NCBI GenBank assembly: GCA_964568545.1
Contig: CAZMRE010000002.1
Location: 1-59,819 of the forward strand
Length of the DNA stretch: 59,819 nt
DNA from: an uncultured Deferribacteres bacterium
GTDB lineage: Bacteria > Zhuqueibacterota > JdFR-76 > BMS3Abin05
Reading direction: 5' to 3'
Of this stretch, positions 28,949-37,647 are shown in pieces. Each line of letters starts with the position of its first letter. The first letter of the stretch is position 1. Both the position numbers and the translations under genes were made by a program. The notes under the pieces were generated by a model. It saw only the letters and a list, made by a program, of their open reading frames with translations. It searched no databases and had not been told where the DNA came from.

Positions 28949-29415
28949 GAAGTTGTCAGTCCCTTTCCGAGATTGAAAGCGATTCGGGCACATATGTTTT
29001 GTGGTTTGCACTTCGGGAAGAAAAAATTGTAAGCCGCCATTCGGCGCTGGAATGGCATTTTCAAGCGGGGTTGTATTCCTACGTGGGAAGACACAGCCGT
29101 CATTTAAGGGCCCGTGTGAATCGGCACATGCAATCGGAAAAGAAGCGCCGCTGGCATATCGATTGGCTGTTGTCCGGAAAGGATTTTAAGATTCTGGAAA
29201 TCTGGATTTTTGGGAATCACCCGGAGTGGGAATGTAAAATTAATCAGGCTCTGGAAGCGCAAAGTGGCGCAAAAATCCCCGCCCCGGGCTTTGGGGCAAG
29301 CGATTGTACAAGTGGCTGCCGCGCACATTTGGAATGGCATCCTCAAAAAGTGGAGGCTGCCGACTTTCAATTTTCTCCTGACTGTGTGGTGCGCCTGCAC
29401 CCTTCGGTATCTTGA
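28945..29415 (+). CDS. GIY-YIG nuclease superfamily protein (DUF123 / Uri-type endonuclease)
   Basis: GTYVLWF...GLYSYVGRHSRHLRARVNRH...KKRRWHIDWL...GFGASDCTSGCRAHL matches the DUF123 pattern. The GTG start overlaps the upstream stop (GTGA). Confidence 0.7.
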   Translation: MRSCQSLSEIESDSGTYVLWFALREEKIVSRHSALEWHFQAGLYSYVGRHSRHLRARVNRHMQSEKKRRWHIDWLLSGKDFKILEIWIFGNHPEWECKINQALEAQSGAKIPAPGFGASDCTSGCRAHLEWHPQKVEAADFQFSPDCVVRLHPSVS

Positions 29416-29518
29416 CATAAGCGTCAACGTAGGCCGAATTATCATTAGAAATATCTTGTGATGATTAGAATTTTTGAGAAATAAAATAGGAAAAAGCAAT
29501 GAAACTATGGGAGAGTAG

Positions 29519-30082
29519 ATGAATATTTTTCGTGATCGGAATATCGGATGGATTGAGGTCATTTGCGGCCCGATGTACAGCGGGAAAACAGAAGAACTCA
29601 TCCGGCGGTTAAGGCGGGCTCAAATTGCCCGGCAAAAAGTGGCTATTTTTAAGCCAAAGATTGACACACGCTACAGCGATGACCATATTGTTTCGCATAG
29701 CGAGCAGCAATTACCCTCGATGTCTGTTGAAACAGTGGCTGAGATTCGGAAATATGCTGCGGAGGCAGAGGTCATTGGTATTGACGAAGCGCAGTTCTTT
29801 GGAATGGATCTCATTCAATTGTGCCAGGATCTTGCTGACGGCGGAAAACGTGTAATTGTGGCCGGACTGGATCTCGATTATCGCGGCGAGCCCTTTGAAC
29901 CCATTCCTCAATTGCTGGCCGTTGCAGAATACATTACAAAGACATTGGCTATTTGTATGGTTTGCGGGAACCCCGCCAGTCGAACGCAGCGACTAACGAA
30001 AGATGAGGCGCGCGTTGTTGTTGGCGGCCAGGACGTTTATGAAGCCAGGTGTCGAAAGTGTTTTGTCCCACCTAAGAAGTAA
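29519..30082 (+). CDS. tdk: thymidine kinase
   Basis: P-loop [20 protein letters not shown], and a Cys4 zinc lasso (CMVCG...CRKC). Confidence 0.9.
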   Translation: MNIFRDRNIGWIEVICGPMYSGKTEELIRRLRRAQIARQKVAIFKPKIDTRYSDDHIVSHSEQQLPSMSVETVAEIRKYAAEAEVIGIDEAQFFGMDLIQLCQDLADGGKRVIVAGLDLDYRGEPFEPIPQLLAVAEYITKTLAICMVCGNPASRTQRLTKDEARVVVGGQDVYEARCRKCFVPPKK

Positions 30083-30108
30083 TCACTCGATTGAATGGAG
30101 ACGGCTCT

Positions 30109-31377
30109 ATGGTTGAACGATTAATCAGTTTTGTGGGAATTTTTATTTTATTGGGCATTGCCTGGTTAATGTCGAATAATCGGAAAAAGATTAAATTTCG
30201 AACGGTTTGGGTTGGCATTGGCTTGCAGGTCATCTTTGCTCTGATTATTCTAAAAACAAGGCCTGGTTTGCTTCTGTTCGATTATTCCCGAATCATCATT
30301 GATAAGCTGCTGAGTTTTACAGATTTCGGCTCGGTATTTTTATTTGGTAATCTTTACCGGGCTACTCCGGATATTGCGCGGGAAGTGGGGGGTGGAGGTC
30401 CCTTTCAATTACTGGATGCCTCCACAGGACATTTCGTAAATGTCGGTACCATTTTTGCAATTCACGTGCTGCCGACCATTATTTTCTTTGCTTCCCTAAT
30501 GTCCATTCTATATCACTGGGGAATCATGCAAAAATTTGTGGCGGCCATGGCCTGGATTATGACAAAGGCAATGAAGGTAAGCGGTGCGGAATCACTTTCG
30601 GCGGCTTCGAATATTTTTGTGGGTCAAACGGAAGCGCCTCTGGTCGTCAAACCCTACGTTTCAAGCATGACGATGTCTGAATTGATGGCTGTCATGGTGG
30701 GTGGATTTGCCACCGTTGCCGGGGGAATTATGGCTGCGTATGTTCGTTTTGGAATCGATGCGGGGCATTTGATGGCCGCCAGCGTCATGTCCGCTCCGGC
30801 AGCGCTTGTAATGGCGAAAATCATTTACCCCGAAACAGAAACCCCCGAAACGGCGGACATGGTCAAGGTAAATATCGAAAAGAATACGGAAAATGTGATT
30901 GATGCAGCAGCGCAGGGGGCGGCTGAAGGCTTGCGGTTAGCGTTGAATGTTGGTGCGATGCTTTTGGCTTTTATTGCACTCATCGCTATGATTAACTATG
31001 GGCTTAGCTTTTTGCACACCAGTTTGAAAGAAATTTTCGGCTACATTTTTATGCCCATTTCATTTTTTATGGGTGTTCCTCCCAAGGATTTGGTTAATTT
31101 TGGGAATCTGCTGGGCACAAAAATTTCAATCAATGAATTTGTAGCGTATGTGGAGCTGGGGGCTATTAAAAACCAACTTTCGCCGCGAACGGTGATTATT
31201 GCAACGTACGCTCTGTGTGGATTCGCAAACTTCAGCTCCATTGCTATTCAAATTGGTGGAATTGGTGGGATTGCTCCCAACAGGCGGGGGGATCTGGCAA
31301 AGCTTGGCCTGCGGGCCATGTTCGGTGGGGCGCTGGCATCATGGCTAACTGCGACGATCGCCGGAATGATCATTTAG
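30109..31377 (+). CDS. nupC: NupC/CNT family concentrative nucleoside transporter
   Basis: Polytopic protein with the FVGQTEAPLVVKPY and GFANFSSIAIQIGG motifs of CNT transporters. ATG 30109 with GGAG upstream is preferred over the track's TTG 30091. Confidence 0.85.
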   Translation: MVERLISFVGIFILLGIAWLMSNNRKKIKFRTVWVGIGLQVIFALIILKTRPGLLLFDYSRIIIDKLLSFTDFGSVFLFGNLYRATPDIAREVGGGGPFQLLDASTGHFVNVGTIFAIHVLPTIIFFASLMSILYHWGIMQKFVAAMAWIMTKAMKVSGAESLSAASNIFVGQTEAPLVVKPYVSSMTMSELMAVMVGGFATVAGGIMAAYVRFGIDAGHLMAASVMSAPAALVMAKIIYPETETPETADMVKVNIEKNTENVIDAAAQGAAEGLRLALNVGAMLLAFIALIAMINYGLSFLHTSLKEIFGYIFMPISFFMGVPPKDLVNFGNLLGTKISINEFVAYVELGAIKNQLSPRTVIIATYALCGFANFSSIAIQIGGIGGIAPNRRGDLAKLGLRAMFGGALASWLTATIAGMII

Positions 31378-31466
31378 CGTCTGAACGGAAACACCTAAAG
31401 TGTTGTACAAGCATCTTGCTTGTGTTAGTTGGTTAGTAAAAATGAAGAATTAGCCAGATCAAAATT

Positions 31467-31494
31467 CACAAGCCCGAGGCTTGTGTTGCATTTT
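31467..31494 (+). terminator. candidate terminator downstream of nupC
   Basis: CACAAGCC-CGA-GGCTTGTG hairpin followed by TTGCATTTT. Confidence 0.45.
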
Positions 31495-31658
31495 CGGTCA
31501 GAAAATTTGAGTAAATCATCCCCGAATTTATCTGAGGGAAAGGGAAAGAACGCGCATTGGGTGATTCACGGCAAATCATTCATTACCTTTGGAAGCACCG
31601 GACAGAGTGGAGCCGGACAATTTTTCACCATCTGAAAAAAAAATTAGTCGGAACAGAC

Positions 31659-32498
31659 ATGTCAGATTACAAACGAGAATTGAAAGAAGCGAAGGATTTC
31701 CTGGGAGCGCGGGTACCGAATTTTCCATCAATTGGGATCATTTTGGGCTCGGGATTGGGAAATTTTGCGGAGGAGCTGTCGGATACGATTGAAATTTCCA
31801 CGAAAGACATCCCGAATTACCCGGTTTCAACGGTAAGCGGCCATGCCGGGAAATGGGTGTTTGGAAAGGTTTCCGGAAGCTATGTGCTGGTCATGAAGGG
31901 GCGGGTTCATTTTTATGAGGGATACCCGATGCGCCGCGTGGTTTTCCCAACCCACCTTATGGGAGAAATCGGTATTCAAACCCTGTTGGTAACTAATGCC
32001 TCGGGCGGGGTAAATCCGCTTTTTCGCCCGGGAGACCTGATGCTGATTACCGACCATCTCAATCTATTTTTTGCGAATCCGTTGATCGGAAAACAGGAAT
32101 CGGAATTTGGGCCGCGATTCCCTGACATGTCCCATCCGTACGATCCTGCTCTAATGGCTCTTGCGGAAAGAGTGGCGGCGGAAGAAAAAATCTACTTACA
32201 AAAGGGCGTGCTGGTTGGGAGCCGAGGGCCCACCTACGAAACCGCGGCGGAAATCCGAATGTATCAACGGTTGGGCGGAGACGCCGCAACGATGTCCACC
32301 GTGCCGGAGGTGATTGCCGCCAATCACAGGGGAATGCGGGTGTTGGGAATTTCCTGCATTACCAATCTGGCAACCGGCCTTTCGGCTCAGCCCCTTTCAC
32401 ACAAAGAGGTAACCCTTGTGGCCGATCAGGTAAAGGAAAAATTTCATCGTCTGGTAAAAGCGATTCTCGAAGCACTGCCAAATGAAAACCGGAGGTAG
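31659..32498 (+). CDS. punA: purine nucleoside phosphorylase (trimeric PNP-I type)
   Basis: IGIILGSGLGNFAEEL, LVTNASGG and DAATMSTVPEVIAA motifs. Start moved to ATG 31659 (MSDYKRELKEAKDFL). The 34-aa track extension looks non-coding. Confidence 0.9.
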   Translation: MSDYKRELKEAKDFLGARVPNFPSIGIILGSGLGNFAEELSDTIEISTKDIPNYPVSTVSGHAGKWVFGKVSGSYVLVMKGRVHFYEGYPMRRVVFPTHLMGEIGIQTLLVTNASGGVNPLFRPGDLMLITDHLNLFFANPLIGKQESEFGPRFPDMSHPYDPALMALAERVAAEEKIYLQKGVLVGSRGPTYETAAEIRMYQRLGGDAATMSTVPEVIAANHRGMRVLGISCITNLATGLSAQPLSHKEVTLVADQVKEKFHRLVKAILEALPNENRR

Positions 32499-32499
32499 C

Positions 32500-34170
32500 A
32501 TGCAAAAGATTGTTGAATGTGTACCCAATTTTAGCGAAGGACGTGACCCGTCCGTGATAGACGCGATTGCCGAAGAGATTCGATCGACGGAAGGGGCGAT
32601 GCTGCTGGATGTTGATCCGGGAAAGGCGACCAATCGCACGGTGTACACATTTATCGGATCGCCGGAGTCCGTGGTTGAAGCGGCTTTTCGGGCGATCAAA
32701 AAGGCGTCTGAGCTGATTGACATGCAGAAGCAGAAGGGAGAACACCCCCGAATCGGCGCGGCAGATGTGGTTCCGTTCGTGCCGGTTTCAGGCGTGACTA
32801 TGGAAGAGTGCGTAGGGTTGGCTCACGATCTGGGGAAACGGGTAGGTGAAGAGCTCAAAATTCCCGTCTATTTGTACGAAGAAGCGGCCACCCAGCCCGA
32901 GCGGAGAAATCTGGCGGTAATTCGCAAAGGAGAATACGAAGCCCTTCCGGAAAAGCTGAAAGATCCAAATTGGAAACCCGACTACGGACCGGCAGTATTC
33001 AACCCGCGTTCGGGAGCGACTGTGATTGGAGCGCGGGAATTTCTGATTGCCTACAACATTAATCTGAACACGCGCGACCGAAAATTGGCGCAGGAAATTG
33101 CCCTAAATTTGCGGGAATCCGGACGAGCCAAACGCGACGAAAACGGAAATATTATCCGAAATCCCGATGGAACCGCCGTAAAAGTTCCTGGTCGGCTGAA
33201 GGCTCTCAAGGGCGTTGGCTGGTACATTGAGGAATACGGGATCGCACAGGTCTCTTACAATTTGACCAATTACAAAATCACTCCGCCGCACGTTGTTTTT
33301 GAAGAGTCCCAGAAAGAGGCCGAAAGGCTGGGATTGCGTGTCACCGGAAGCGAGCTGGTTGGGTTGATTCCGTTGGAGGCGCTGAAGCAGGCGGGGCGGT
33401 ATTTTCTGGAAAAACAGGGGAAGACGGGCGGCGTCCCGGAAGAAGAAATTATTCACATTGCCGTCAAATCTCTGGGCCTGGATGAATTGACTCCGTTTGA
33501 TCCCGGGCAGAAGGTCATCGAATATCGGTTTCAAGAACGCTTTGGGCCCCTGGTAAAAATGGCGGTGTGGGAATTTGCGAATGAACTGTCGATGGAATCT
33601 CCGACGCCCGGCGGCGGAAGCACAGCCGCGTTGGCGGGGGCGTTGGCGGCGTCTCTTGTGTCGATGGTAGCCAATCTGACGTACGGCAACAAAAAATACA
33701 GGGAGAATTGGGAAGCCGTAAAGCCTCTGGCCGTGCGTGCACAGGAATTGAAAGATGCCCTTTTGAGAGCTGTGGATCGCGACACCGAAGCCTTTAATGC
33801 GGTGATGGATGCCTTTCGGTTACCCAAGAAAACGGAAGAGGATAAAAAGACGCGTGACCAGGCCATTCAGGAAGCCACAAAAGGGGCCACCACTGTTCCT
33901 CTCGAAGTGATGGAATTAGCATTCGAAGCCCTGGAACTGGCAAAAGTGGCGGCTGAAAAGGGAAATGTAAATTCGGTCAGCGATGCCGGAGTGGGTGCCC
34001 TGCTGGCGTTGGCTGCGGTGGAAGGTGGCTACTTGAACGTCAAAATCAATTTGTCCGGGATTCAGGACGAATCCTTTCAATCCGAAACAGAAAAAAAGGC
34101 GGAAGAAATTTTATCGAATGCCAGGCAGCTTAAGGAGGCGGTCTGGAACGATGTGATTAAAAAGATGTAA
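32500..34170 (+). CDS. ftcD: bifunctional glutamate formimidoyltransferase / formimidoyl-THF cyclodeaminase
   Basis: MQKIVECVPNFSEGRD formiminotransferase N-terminus plus a helical C-terminal cyclodeaminase-like domain (SPTPGGGSTAALAGALAASLV). GGAGG RBS. The start lies 1 nt after the PNP stop. Confidence 0.85.
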   Translation: MQKIVECVPNFSEGRDPSVIDAIAEEIRSTEGAMLLDVDPGKATNRTVYTFIGSPESVVEAAFRAIKKASELIDMQKQKGEHPRIGAADVVPFVPVSGVTMEECVGLAHDLGKRVGEELKIPVYLYEEAATQPERRNLAVIRKGEYEALPEKLKDPNWKPDYGPAVFNPRSGATVIGAREFLIAYNINLNTRDRKLAQEIALNLRESGRAKRDENGNIIRNPDGTAVKVPGRLKALKGVGWYIEEYGIAQVSYNLTNYKITPPHVVFEESQKEAERLGLRVTGSELVGLIPLEALKQAGRYFLEKQGKTGGVPEEEIIHIAVKSLGLDELTPFDPGQKVIEYRFQERFGPLVKMAVWEFANELSMESPTPGGGSTAALAGALAASLVSMVANLTYGNKKYRENWEAVKPLAVRAQELKDALLRAVDRDTEAFNAVMDAFRLPKKTEEDKKTRDQAIQEATKGATTVPLEVMELAFEALELAKVAAEKGNVNSVSDAGVGALLALAAVEGGYLNVKINLSGIQDESFQSETEKKAEEILSNARQLKEAVWNDVIKKM

Positions 34171-34234
34171 AAATTTTTTACAGGCTCAAAGACTCCGGAT
34201 TTTTAAGAAGCAAATTTAACGCGGATTGTTTTTA

Positions 34235-35557
34235 ATGGCTGAAATTACCATCAAAAATGCACACATTCTTTCGCTGGCGCCCGACCAGGACGACCCATTT
34301 GAAGGCGATGTGTTTGTAAAAGACGGCAGGATTCAAGCAATCGGAACATCCCTCCCTCCTGTGGGGAAGGTCATCGACGCCAGCGGGCTGATCCTGATGC
34401 CTGGTTTTGTCCAGAGCCACATTCATTTATGCCAGACGCTTTTCAGAAATATGGCCGAAGATTTGGAGCTTCTGGACTGGCTTCGGCAGAAAATCTGGCC
34501 GTTTGAGGCGGCTCACTCGGAGGCGTCACTGCGGGCATCGGCGCGACTGGGTCTGGCGGAGCTTATTTCGGGAGGAACCACGGCTATTTTGGATATGGGC
34601 GCCGTGCGAATGACGGATGTTCTTTTTGAAGAAGCCGAGCACGCAGGGATTCGGGCGAATATCGGCAAAACACTGATGGATGAAGGGGATGGCATTCCGC
34701 GGGCTCTTGTCCAAAATGCCAGGGAAAGCATTGATGACGGATTGCGTCTTTTGAAACGCTGGCGTGGGGCCGGAAATGGCCGCATCGACTTTAATTTTGC
34801 ACCCCGGTTTGCTCTTTCCTGCTCGGAGGATGCGCTGCGAGAGGTGGCGGAAATCTCGGCCGATCGGAAAATCATTATTCACACGCATTCGTCGGAAAAT
34901 CAAAAAGAACTTCAAGAAGTGCGGGCGATCACAGGGAAGCGGAATCTGGAATTTTACCATTCCATTGGCTTGAATCGGTACCATCTTTCCGTGGCCCATT
35001 GTATCTGGTTGGATCCCTCCGAAATGGATATTCTGGCAAGCACAAACATCCACGTTCTTCATTGTCCCTCTTCAAACCTGAAGCTTGGCTCCGGAATTGC
35101 CAGAATCCCCGAAATGTTGGAACGCGATATTCACGTGTCCCTTGGGGCGGATGGGGCTCCCTGTAACAATAATCTGGACATCTTTCAGGAAATGCGGTTG
35201 GCTGGCTTAATCCAGAAGCCGCGCCTGGGTGTGGCCAGTCTGCCTGCAAAAAAGATTGTGCAAATGGCAACCCTTGGCGGGGCGCGTGCCCTGGGATTGG
35301 AACGGGAGATCGGCAGTATTGAAGTCGGAAAGCGGGCAGATCTAATTCTGCTGAATTTGAATCAGGTGCACAGTTTTCCTCCGGAGGATGTGTTTACGAC
35401 GCTTGTTTATTCTGCGCGAGCAACGGACGTTCAAACCGTCATTATTGATGGGGAAGTGGCGATGGAAAATCGCCACTTGCAAACGCTGAATCGGCAAGAG
35501 GTTCTGGCCCGGGCGAAAGAAGAACTGCAAAAGCTGATGGCCCGCGTTAAATTTTAA
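34235..35557 (+). CDS. amidohydrolase-superfamily nucleobase/nucleoside deaminase (MtaD / guanine-deaminase-like)
   Basis: PGFVQSHIHLCQT (HxH metal site), HTHSSEN, HC...SNLKLGSG and GADG motifs of the ATZ/TRZ-MtaD subgroup. Substrate not determinable by eye. Confidence 0.75.
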   Translation: MAEITIKNAHILSLAPDQDDPFEGDVFVKDGRIQAIGTSLPPVGKVIDASGLILMPGFVQSHIHLCQTLFRNMAEDLELLDWLRQKIWPFEAAHSEASLRASARLGLAELISGGTTAILDMGAVRMTDVLFEEAEHAGIRANIGKTLMDEGDGIPRALVQNARESIDDGLRLLKRWRGAGNGRIDFNFAPRFALSCSEDALREVAEISADRKIIIHTHSSENQKELQEVRAITGKRNLEFYHSIGLNRYHLSVAHCIWLDPSEMDILASTNIHVLHCPSSNLKLGSGIARIPEMLERDIHVSLGADGAPCNNNLDIFQEMRLAGLIQKPRLGVASLPAKKIVQMATLGGARALGLEREIGSIEVGKRADLILLNLNQVHSFPPEDVFTTLVYSARATDVQTVIIDGEVAMENRHLQTLNRQEVLARAKEELQKLMARVKF

Positions 35558-35571
35558 CAAATGAGGTAACG

Positions 35572-36099
35572 ATGCGAAATCGAACATTGGTGGCGGTTAT
35601 TTCCACAATTGTAATTATACTTTTGTATGTTTTGGTTCCCAGTCTAAAAAATACCCGAAATCAATCCCGGGGAGACGTGGCTTTTCAATCGGGAAAATGG
35701 GAAAAGGCTGCAAAACTATACAAAAAGGTTCTTTCGTACAATCCCCGATCCGCTAAAGTCCTAACCCGATTGGGTTATTGCTATTTAAAATTGGGAAAGC
35801 GGGACAAAGCCATTACAATTTTTCAACAATCGCTTCAGGTGGATTCCTCACAATTCCGAACGTACCGCTGGCTGGGGGATGCCTTTTTGAAAAAAGAAGC
35901 CTATTCGGAAGCGGGTCAATCATTCAAGGGACTCATTTTGGCCTACCGAAGGCACCACTCCTTAAGTAAGGTGGATGCAGATGATTACCTGTATGCCTTC
36001 GATAAATTGGTGCTGTGCGAATTAAAGCTTCAGGATGATCCTCAGGCCCTGCGGGAGCTCCATGAATTCACAAGCGTGCTCCGAACAAAGGTTCAGTAA
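35572..36099 (+). CDS. membrane-anchored TPR repeat protein
   Basis: N-terminal TM helix, then TPR-like units (WEKAAKLYKKVLSYNPRSAKVLTRLGYCYLKLGKRDKAITIFQQSL). Confidence 0.6.
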   Translation: MRNRTLVAVISTIVIILLYVLVPSLKNTRNQSRGDVAFQSGKWEKAAKLYKKVLSYNPRSAKVLTRLGYCYLKLGKRDKAITIFQQSLQVDSSQFRTYRWLGDAFLKKEAYSEAGQSFKGLILAYRRHHSLSKVDADDYLYAFDKLVLCELKLQDDPQALRELHEFTSVLRTKVQ

Positions 36100-36101
36100 A
36101 G

Positions 36102-36695
36102 GTGCTTCCGATGGACGAATTAATTGTGGCCGTAGGTTCAACCCGTCCGGCAAAAGTACGTGCCGCAAAGGAGGCATTTGAAAGAGTAAAACCCTTGTTA
36201 AGACGCCGGGAGGTGCGACTTCGGTTCGAAATCCGTTCTGTTTCGAGCGATGTTGCCGATATGCCAACCTCTCTGAAGGAACTGATGCTGGGAGCCAAAA
36301 ACCGGGCACAAAATCTCCAAAAATTGGGGATCGAAGCAGACTATTACGTGGGCTTGGAGGGCGGATTTTTTCAGCAAGCAGCAGGGCCAGGTGAACCCGT
36401 TCAGACATTTTTACAGGGCTGGGCGTTTGTAACTAACAGCCAAGCCGAAAGCTTCGGTGCCAGTTATTGTGCGCCGGTTCCGGAAGCGCTGGTTCGGGCT
36501 GTTTATTCCGAGCATCTGGAATTGGGCCAAATTATTGACGAATTTTCCGGCGCACACAACGTGCGCGACAATCAGGGGGCATTTGGCATTTTTACGCGGA
36601 ATTTGCTCAACCGCTCGGATTCATTTCGAACAGCGCTGATCGCAGCCCTGGCGCCTTTTTACAATTCAACTACTTACGCTAATCTTCTCCAGTAA
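36102..36695 (+). CDS. yjjX: inosine/xanthosine triphosphatase (YjjX / DUF84 family)
   Basis: VAVGSTRPAKVRAAKEAF...GAKNRAQNL...YYVGLEGG parallels E. coli YjjX (TTNPAKI...GARNRV...FWVAIEAG). The start is either GTG 36102 or ATG 36111. Confidence 0.7.
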   Translation: MLPMDELIVAVGSTRPAKVRAAKEAFERVKPLLRRREVRLRFEIRSVSSDVADMPTSLKELMLGAKNRAQNLQKLGIEADYYVGLEGGFFQQAAGPGEPVQTFLQGWAFVTNSQAESFGASYCAPVPEALVRAVYSEHLELGQIIDEFSGAHNVRDNQGAFGIFTRNLLNRSDSFRTALIAALAPFYNSTTYANLLQ

Positions 36696-36696
36696 A

Positions 36697-37290
36697 ATGA
36701 AACATCGTACCAATCAATTCGTTTGGAATGTGAAGGCCTTTTTTTACAGGAGATTGCGGTCGTTTTTCGTGTATCGCCGGATCTACGAAGCTGAAATTCG
36801 CCCGTTTAAAAATTGGCTGACCGGAGAATTCCAGTCGAAGAAAACCTACCTCGATCTGGCCGTGGGAAGCGGCGATTCACTCAATATTTATCCGCCGGGC
36901 ACGTTGCTGATGGGGAGCGATTTTTCCCTTTCGATGCTTGGTGTGTTAAAGGCGAAAACAGATATTCCGCTGATTCAGGCGGAAGCAACGGAACTTCCCT
37001 TTCAAAACGGGGCCTTTGCAGGCATTACGGCAATTGGATTGACCGAGTACATTTCGGCGCCGCGGAAACTTTTTTGGGAACTTTCCCGTGTTCTCAGCGA
37101 TCAGGGCTGGCTGGCCATCACCATTTCACAACCCAATTTGCTTAATCTGCTTCGTAATTTCAGTGGGAATCGCCTTCATTATTATTCAATCGGGTTCTTC
37201 TCGCGATTGGCAGCCGAGTACGGATTCCAAATTCTCCATTCAAGCAAAACCCTCTTCCAATGCCAGTTGTTTTTTTCGAAAATAAAATAG
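36697..37290 (+). CDS. class I SAM-dependent methyltransferase
   Basis: YLDLAVGSGDSL (motif I) and ELPFQNGAFAGI (post-II) patterns. Confidence 0.7.
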   Translation: MKHRTNQFVWNVKAFFYRRLRSFFVYRRIYEAEIRPFKNWLTGEFQSKKTYLDLAVGSGDSLNIYPPGTLLMGSDFSLSMLGVLKAKTDIPLIQAEATELPFQNGAFAGITAIGLTEYISAPRKLFWELSRVLSDQGWLAITISQPNLLNLLRNFSGNRLHYYSIGFFSRLAAEYGFQILHSSKTLFQCQLFFSKIK

Positions 37291-37454
37291 ATTTTAATGA
37301 GTCCAGTCTAAAAAGAATACCTCCCACGAATTTCACGAGTTATCACTGATTGATATTATTGATGTTAAAAAAATTATATCCCGTATAATTTGTGCAATTA
37401 ATGGCTTTTAAAATGCGTTCTTTAATAAAAAAACACTTCCATTAAAAAAAGTTC

Positions 37455-37483
37455 TTGACAAGAAATTGGAAAATGTATATATT
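37455..37483 (+). promoter_or_regulatory. sigma-70-like promoter upstream of the LacI-family gene
   Basis: TTGACA (37455-37460), an exact 17-nt spacer, then TATATT (37478-37483). It is immediately followed by the AATCGGTT...AACCGATT inverted repeat. Confidence 0.45.
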
Positions 37484-37647
37484 TAGGTTAATCGGTTTAG
37501 CGCAATCGTTCTATATTAACCGATTTATATTTTCCCATTTCTTCGGAGCTGAATTTATGCAAAACTATTCTTGTCAATTATTTGCAATTCTATATGGTAA
37601 ATTTTGCGTTCGAGTAAAGCTACTTAAAAAACTAAAATGACCTCCTT

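Noticed and set aside
31429-31658. 68-aa ORF and the 34-aa N-terminal extension of the PNP ORF in the nupC-PNP spacer
   Set aside because: PNP homology begins at MSDYKRELKEAKDFL (ATG 31659). The upstream frames have no RBS and an unprotein-like composition.
36223-36234. GGTTCGAAATCC, resembling a tRNA T-loop
   Set aside because: It lies inside the well-supported yjjX reading frame, and no acceptor or anticodon stems can be drawn around it.
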